A DNA stretch of 64,000 nt, taken from NCBI RefSeq assembly GCF_964355755.1, contig NC_092671.1, positions 62,001 through 126,000 on the forward strand. Reading direction: 5' to 3'. The stretch comes from Antedon mediterranea. Taxonomy: Eukaryota > Animalia > Echinodermata. A model generated the notes under the pieces. The model did not search any database. It was not told the DNA's origin and saw only the letters and a list, made by a program, of their open reading frames with translations. Shown here piece after piece: positions 56,878 to 64,000 of the stretch. The position numbers and the translations under genes were made by a program. Positions within the stretch are counted from its first letter, which is position 1. Each line of letters starts with the position of its first letter.

Positions 56878-57959
56878 CCTAGTTTGTACAGTACAGCTCA
56901 GGCGGGCGAAAAAGTTTCTTCATCTTATGACGTCACTATCAGAGGTTACCGGAAAATGCCGAAAAAACCCGAATAGTCGTGAACTGAGAGCAGTTGCGCG
57001 AAATAGCAGAAAACACTTTAATTATGTCATGAAAACTTTTAATTTATTGTCTGTTTAATATCCATCAAGGAGAACAACTATAATACTACTATTTTACATA
57101 AACATCAAATACCATGTTCCATGATCTTTAAGGTGCATCGCATCAGTATACACAGTATGAACATTTTGTTCACGATACACCGCAGTAGAATACCGTTTTA
57201 ATACCCTTATGAGCAAGTGTAAGCGTATAGAATTAGGCCAACTTAATAGATAAAAATAATTTGCCTGCTGGTTAGGTAGAATTGGCCATAACATAAGGTT
57301 AGGCCTATTTACTAGCACTGTTGCTGTTGATCTCTAGTTTAAAAATGGAACTTCATGAAAAAGTACGATCCCCTCTGGCTATGGGCTTGTAATGTGAATA
57401 TCAGATTATGCTAAACCAAGAAATAGGTCTTACAACATGTAAATGAAGAGGTTTTAGCACACAAAGCAACACCTTTAATATTGTTCCTTATTTTTAAAAC
57501 ATTTTTTCCTCGTAATGTCTCACTTAAAAAGTAAAACCTTTTTTTTCTTTTTTTTTAAAATGGCATTGTTAACTCCTTTAACCATAGATGATCATGCGAT
57601 AAAGATGAACGACCTATTGCGGAAAATCAACCAATTACCATACCTTACCATACGTAATATGATTCTGGTATTATGATACTATTACATAAAATATTGCTTA
57701 ATTACCCTAAATTTGTAATCCACATAATCGCTAATATAATATGGATATGATGCATGGTATTTTATTGTTTACTCTGAAATGTTCCTAATTGTTTTGTAGT
57801 TTGCTATTTTCGAATTGGTTTGAAAGAATTTAAAATCCATTGATATGTTTGATGTTGATTGCAATAAAATTATTTGAATTTGAAATACTATAATATTAAC
57901 TATTTGTGTGGATTGCGAATACATTTCTTTTTTTTTTCTCTTTCGTGGGGCCAACCCAC

Positions 57960-58620
57960 TTTTATTTCATTCTTCATATTACACATTGTAGTTATATATA
58001 GAAATTTTATAAAATGTCATTAAAAAAAAGTTTTAAATATATATATATATATAAGTAAAAATTAAAATAATAATGAAACAATTAAAAAATAATACATGTA
58101 ATTTTAAGAAATACAAGTTAATAATTTTCTTTTTACGTTACCCCATTTCTTTTTTGCCTTGTTGATGTTACAAGCATATTGATTCTGTATAAGATTTTTT
58201 AGCTCAAATCGGAACAAGTTCCAAACGACTTTTGATCTAATTTTTGAATGCTTTTCTAATGATTTAATAAAGTTTGTTTTATAAGTACAAAAAGTAAACA
58301 ATGATAATAATTCATTGACATTTTCACTTTTTGTTCCAATAACAATGTCTAGCCACTCATGTACGGTTTCTTCAAGTGTAGGCCTATAGCATTTTAGAAT
58401 CATGTTGTTGAATTTTGTCCATACTTTTTGGATACTTTTACATTTCAAAAGCATGTGCTTGTCTGTCTCAATTTCGTTTTGAATAGATTTCAACAATTAA
58501 ACTGTCAGCAAAATCCAATTGTTAAGGTATTGATTATAATGATGAGTGAGATACTATTTACGAATAAATTATTAATAATTCGCTATAATCTTTTACTATG
58601 GGAGTGCATGTAAGGTCCAT
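57960..58620 (-). mobile_element. 3' fragment of a Tx1/L1-clade LINE
   Basis: ORF 58496-58104 EIETDKHMLLKCKSIQKVW matches the C-terminal zinc-knuckle pattern (E...H....C......W), followed by an A-rich 3' region. Confidence 0.55.
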
Positions 58621-58989
58621 TGGGTTTCAATTTCTATATGTGAATTGTAAATAGTTGACTGCGTCTAGTGAAGCGCAATAAGCTACTCTTAAGGTGTAAA
58701 TTATACAATATCATTGTAAAAGAAATTCATTTAGGGTTTCAATTTAGACTTTAACGAGTGGATGTTCACAGCATTAAAAAAACACATATTGCAAATTATT
58801 CCATAACAATGCTCGTTTCTAGATAATTAGACGGAGCGCAAGAAACGTATTATAAACATGTAACAACGAATGTAACTAGGATCAATATTTTGTAATTTGT
58901 TTATTTTATAACTTTTTTTATTAGTTGTGAAATAATTTAGAATAGTGTTAGAACAGTGTTTATATTTCATCTTGCATATTATTATTATT

Positions 58990-60385
58990 ATTATACATGG
59001 ATACGTAAAGATAGTTAAAGAGAAAATACGAATCAAATTATACAAGGCATATGTAAGACTGGCTTTGATGTACAATACACATGGGGGACTTACAAAGGAT
59101 GACGAAACAAAACTAGATACAATTCACAACAGAATCAGATACCCCCACAAAATCTCAAACTAAACCTTTACAAAAGGCTCAACGCGACACCGATGTCCTT
59201 ATATGTATTATAAGCTAGATGGGGACTATTTGACGTATATTAAGGCAAAATAAGCCAACACCTACAAACACAGAAGTCGACTTATACTCTAGTAGTTAGT
59301 AACACTAAAATAACCAAATTCAGAGGGAGACCAGTGTGCACTTTACCAATAACATTGAAAATGGACTTGAAAGCACTAATATTATTAGATCCAACTACAA
59401 CCACACTAACGACAAAATACAACAGACATACAGACAATAAAGACCATAGCATCTGACAGAATACAACAGACATACAGAATATAAAGACCATAGCATCTGA
59501 CAAAATACAACAGACATACAGAAAATAAAGACCATAGCATCTGACAAAATACAACAGACATACAGAAAATAAAGACCATAACATCTGACAGAATACAACA
59601 GACATACAGAAAATAAAGACCATAGCATCTTGACAGAATACAACAGACATACAGAAAATAAAGACCATAGCATCTGACAGAATACAACAGACATACAGAA
59701 AATAAAGACCATAGCATCTGACAGAATACAACAGACATACAGAAATAAAGACCATAGCATCTGACAAAATACAACAGACATACAGAAAATAAAGACCATA
59801 GCATCTGACAGAATACAACAGACATACAGAAAATAAAGACCATAGCATCTGACAGAATACAACAGACATACAGAAAATAAAGACCATAGCATCTGACAAA
59901 ATACAACAGACATACAGAAAATAAAGACCATAGCATCTGACAAAATACAACAGACATACAGAAAATAAAGACCATAGCATCTGACAGAATACAACAGACA
60001 TACAAAAAATAAAGACCATAGCATCTGACAGAATACAACAGACATACAGAAAATAAAGACCATAGCATCTGACAACATACAACAGACATACAGAAAATAA
60101 AGACCATAGCATCTGACAGAATACAACAGACATACAGGAAATAAAGACCATAGCGTCTGACAGAATACAACAGACATACAGAAAATAAAAACCATAGCAT
60201 CTGACAAAATACAACAGACATACAGAAAATAAAGACCATATCATCTGACAGAATACAACAGACATACAGAAAATAAAGACCATAGCATCTGATAGAATAC
60301 TTTGGAGAAACTTCACAATAAGAAAATAAGGAGAGCGGCCAAAACGGAGAATGGAGTTAAATAAAATGGATGAATATTATTATTA
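58990..60385 (+). mobile_element. Degraded 3' part of an RTE-type LINE interrupted by a satellite
   Basis: IRIKLYKAYVRLALMYN, KLDTIH, IRYPHKISN, ARW, RGRP..TLP..LKMDLK and, after the array, KTIASDRILWR; short (ATT)n tail near 60376. Confidence 0.7.
59410..60299. repeat. Homogeneous 44-bp satellite, about 20 copies
   Basis: CTGACAGAATACAACAGACATACAGAAAATAAAGACCATAGCAT tandem units. Confidence 0.97.
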
Positions 60386-63300
60386 TGATCAACGTGTCCA
60401 TAGATCTAAAATCTTTCTTTGAACGTTCATTTTCAACCACCAAATTGAGATTATAGTAACCAATTACCGGACATGCACTGCCTTTTTAAAGTAATTGTTG
60501 CTTCTGCAAAATAAATTTGGGAACTTAAATTTACATATAAGTCCATTAGCAAGTTGATCTTTAACATGAAATTATTATAAAATACGTAATGGAAATCACT
60601 GCCAGAGTGAACAAATACCAGAGTTAGGTTATTTGGGTGTATGATGTGGAAATCATATAGTAGTTCTTAAACTGAGTCAAGTAATACACATTGTTAGCCA
60701 TTTAAGAATAATTGTTAAAGGTGTATTGGTTTCATTGTAATGAACTATGACATTATTAGGCATACCTTTTATTTTATTGTTTTATGAACGTTTCGATCTT
60801 TATTGGACAATTATCAGAGATGCCACAGCCAGATATTAATAAATAAAAGTTGTTTCAGGAAAAATGTTTTTCCCTGATTTTATACGTTCCTCTTGACAAT
60901 AACCAGTTTAAGAGCATGCATAAAGCACTACGCAAAATATGTTTTACTGTCCGTGACAAATGTATAGCCGTATTGACCAGAGGCATACATACAGAGTTAC
61001 GACATTGGGTTAGATCACATTTTTGATCACAGAGAATAATTAGTACATTAATTTACCATAATTATCTATACAACAATTCCTGATCTCACAATCAAACATA
61101 CGTACAGGTATCAGTGACCATTCTCCTATCTAGTCTTAAGATCAAGCTAAATTTAGGTATGAAACATTAAAGGTGTTAGTTAGGGAAAGGAAGACTTTCC
61201 ACATGTTGAAGGACTTATTACTAATGGGATCGTATACTCTATTCAATTAATTCAATCTTTTGATTTAATGTTATTTTATTAGAGTATCCTTAATTGATAC
61301 GTTTATGAGAATGTGGAATGTATTTTGTCTATACATTTGGTGTAAATAAAGATGTAAAATTAATGTGTGTACATTAATAATGTTTCTGTATTGAGGTCGG
61401 TTATGTGAAGACAATTTTTGTTGTATTATTCATAATCCGAATGTCAGTATTATGAATACGAATGAAAAAGTCAAAATGCCTTTTGGCAAATTCTACAATC
61501 ATAATAATATACCAAATATGAATACGTATAAACCTTTCGGATACATTATAGCGGCGGCGGTACCTTACAGACGAATACGATTCATACATCCACATCAGTT
61601 AAATAGTGCGTGCTTATCTCTATTATGTATGTGTATCGTCACTACAGTGCTGATCGTTGACTTCTTGTTCAATAGAATTGAATAATATTAAATGATTTCC
61701 ATAATATGCTTCTCAACTGATAATAATAAATACAATGTTTGTGTGACGAACAACAGTTGGGGAATCTCTTTCATTAATCATGCGTTTTAATTAAAGAAGA
61801 TAATTTATAAAAATACTCAGATTTAAATTGAATAAATGACTGAAACAGTTACTCATATTAAACTAAAATAGTTGTGAAAGACACAAAAAGTAATACTTAG
61901 TTTACAAATAAATATATTCAGTTTATTTCGCTATTATTGTTTGTAATTATTAAACCGTATTTTTTTTTAAATTATACTTTTACTGAAATAATAACGAGTA
62001 CAGACGCAATACATTCGTGGTCACATGTATGGCAATTCCTCAGTGGATAAAGTAAAACGCAAATGTATCAAATAATCGCATTGTGCAACCTAATTATATG
62101 TGTATTCTCTATCGAACTTAAAATTGTATAATTTAACATTTAAAAGAACGCAAGTAAAATACAACTAAAAATATATATAACAAATTGTACACAATTGTCA
62201 GTCCTGTATCATTATCCTTAAAGATTAAATCGACTTGAAAAATAATATATATTTATTCGGGAACTAAATTAAAGTTATATCTATCTATTAATTTTAGTTA
62301 TTTATATTTAATATTTTGTTTGCTACTGTGTTTATTGGATGTCCTTTACAAATTACAACCTCTATAATAATTTTACGATAAGTTGTGCCGTTGTTGATGG
62401 TTTTCTGAATAAAAATGCAATTAAACAACTGACCCACAATTATTTGTTATTAAGTAACTGTCACGCATCATTTGCTTAATAGTTTTATAAATTTATCAAC
62501 ACCATAAACCTGCCACTCAATTGTCATAAATACATAATTATACTCAATACTGTACGTATCTGTGTCGAGTATGGTGCTATAAAAACACACATTTTCAAAA
62601 TTAACGTGGTTGTTAAAATATTCAGTATTCACATATTAGTAATGCATTCTGATAAGCAATAGAAAGTTAATTTGATAAGAATTGTATTGTTGTTAGTTTC
62701 TCTATGGATTTCATTAGTGGGTCTAATGGCAGTATTCTTGTGAGAATGTCGCAATATTGTTATTCGTAGTGAATAATCTAGAAAGCTTTATATTATTATA
62801 TCATAATGGTTCTTTCATTTAAAATGACAGGTGAAACGATGTATGAATGTAGATCGGTATAGAGTAACGTGACCATAATTTGAAAACTATAATGGAATTT
62901 CAATTTCTATGTATTTTAATGTACTGTACAATTAATATACCATGAAACAGTGATTGATTATTTTAAATCATCTTCGGTGTGGTTAGGAAATTTATTTTCA
63001 AGCTATTAGTTCCAAGACCATATCCCATTGTTATGAAAATGGAGACGGTTCTCGAACAGCCATCCTGCTCGTGGACAGAGTTACGCTTTTATGTCACCCC
63101 TCCTCCCTTTCGTCCAAAAAATGCGATTTTTTATATTTCTAGCTAATTCTTTATTTTCGTGAATTTTTTGAGAAAATAATTATTATGAATTGTGTGATTT
63201 TCAACATACAGAGGATACACACATTATAATGTGAGGGAGTGCCTGAGTCAGTAATTCATGACAGTCAAAAATAGCTTAGAGTACTAATTTTATTATTAAT

Positions 63301-64000
63301 ATATTGAATATCAAAAATTGTAAAAACATACAACCACGCTATGATGATGAAAGCGTTATAAAATGAATGGAAGATTCCACTCCCTCGAGGAACACTCCTC
63401 CTTTGTAACCGACTGGCTAACATTCATTTTTCTGTCGTTACAATGACAGGTTACAGTATATATTCTCATAAAAATACGTCGTTTTATTAATGTAAAGAAG
63501 ACCTGGCAATATTTTATAGGGAAATATTTAATTCGAAATTAAATGTAATATACAATAAAACTAAGTCTTTAAAGGTAAGAAATTCTTATTAGTACCGTAT
63601 AAAATCTTTATACAGTTGTTAATTGTTATGCTGTTTCCGCGTAATTACTTTGCACATAAGGCCTAATATAGAAAATTTTGATCAGCATGATGGCCAATGT
63701 TTTAAGCATTCGATGTGCATGCTTAAAACACCATAGTGGTTAAAGTATTAAGTGATTTAATGTATTTTGTTCTGATAGAGTTCATTTGCAATAATTTAGA
63801 CAAAAGTTATTGAATATTATTACATTTTCTGAACGATGTATAGGCTATATAATGTCATGAGTGAATTCTTGCGAAGAACACCCGGTTCTCTGTACTTTAT
63901 CCCCACTGTCATTATCTGTCCGGTAGTCAGATTCTGCATAATACGTTGCCATGTATCGAGTGACGAGTGGCGCATTACATGTGATATATGTGACTTTGTA

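Larger units (their letters stand above)
54012..57127. mobile_element. Internally deleted Kolobok-superfamily DNA transposon (3.1 kb)
   Basis: Perfect 26-bp TIR AGATCATGGAACATGGTATTTGATGT (54012-54037 / 57102-57127), TTAA TSD (54008-54011, 57128-57131) and two convergent gene remnants. Confidence 0.88.

Noticed and set aside
59282-60316. Three long overlapping Cys/hydrophobic ORFs (270-344 aa)
   Set aside because: Artefact of a 44-bp satellite with no stop codons on the minus strand.

Overview
AT-rich, intron-containing animal (invertebrate-like) genomic DNA; the species cannot be fixed from sequence alone. Three intact spliced housekeeping genes were reconstructed by hand from GT-AG exons: HIBADH (minus, 7356-12853), Lunapark/LNPK (plus, 16620-21975; head-to-head with HIBADH) and ILF2/NF45 (plus, 32679-38223). 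The rest is dense, often nested repeat DNA. It includes two CR1 LINEs, a young L2-group LINE, RTE and Tx1/L1 relics, a tRNA-derived SINE, many TIR/foldback elements (TTAA, 7-, 8- and 9-bp target duplications), a Crypton-like element and six or more tandem arrays. Most notable: (i) a 3.1-kb Kolobok-type transposon whose two convergent genes (transposase remnant and a P2X7-ballast-like KolX gene) start with paralogous promoters and first exons; (ii) adjacency of HIBADH and LNPK, whose vertebrate orthologues flank EVX1/HOXA and EVX2/HOXD respectively; (iii) a satellite apparently amplified from an RTE coding segment; (iv) a TIR insertion that may lack a target-site duplication. No CRISPR, rRNA or true tRNA genes were found. 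Coordinates were read by eye and may be off by a few bases.
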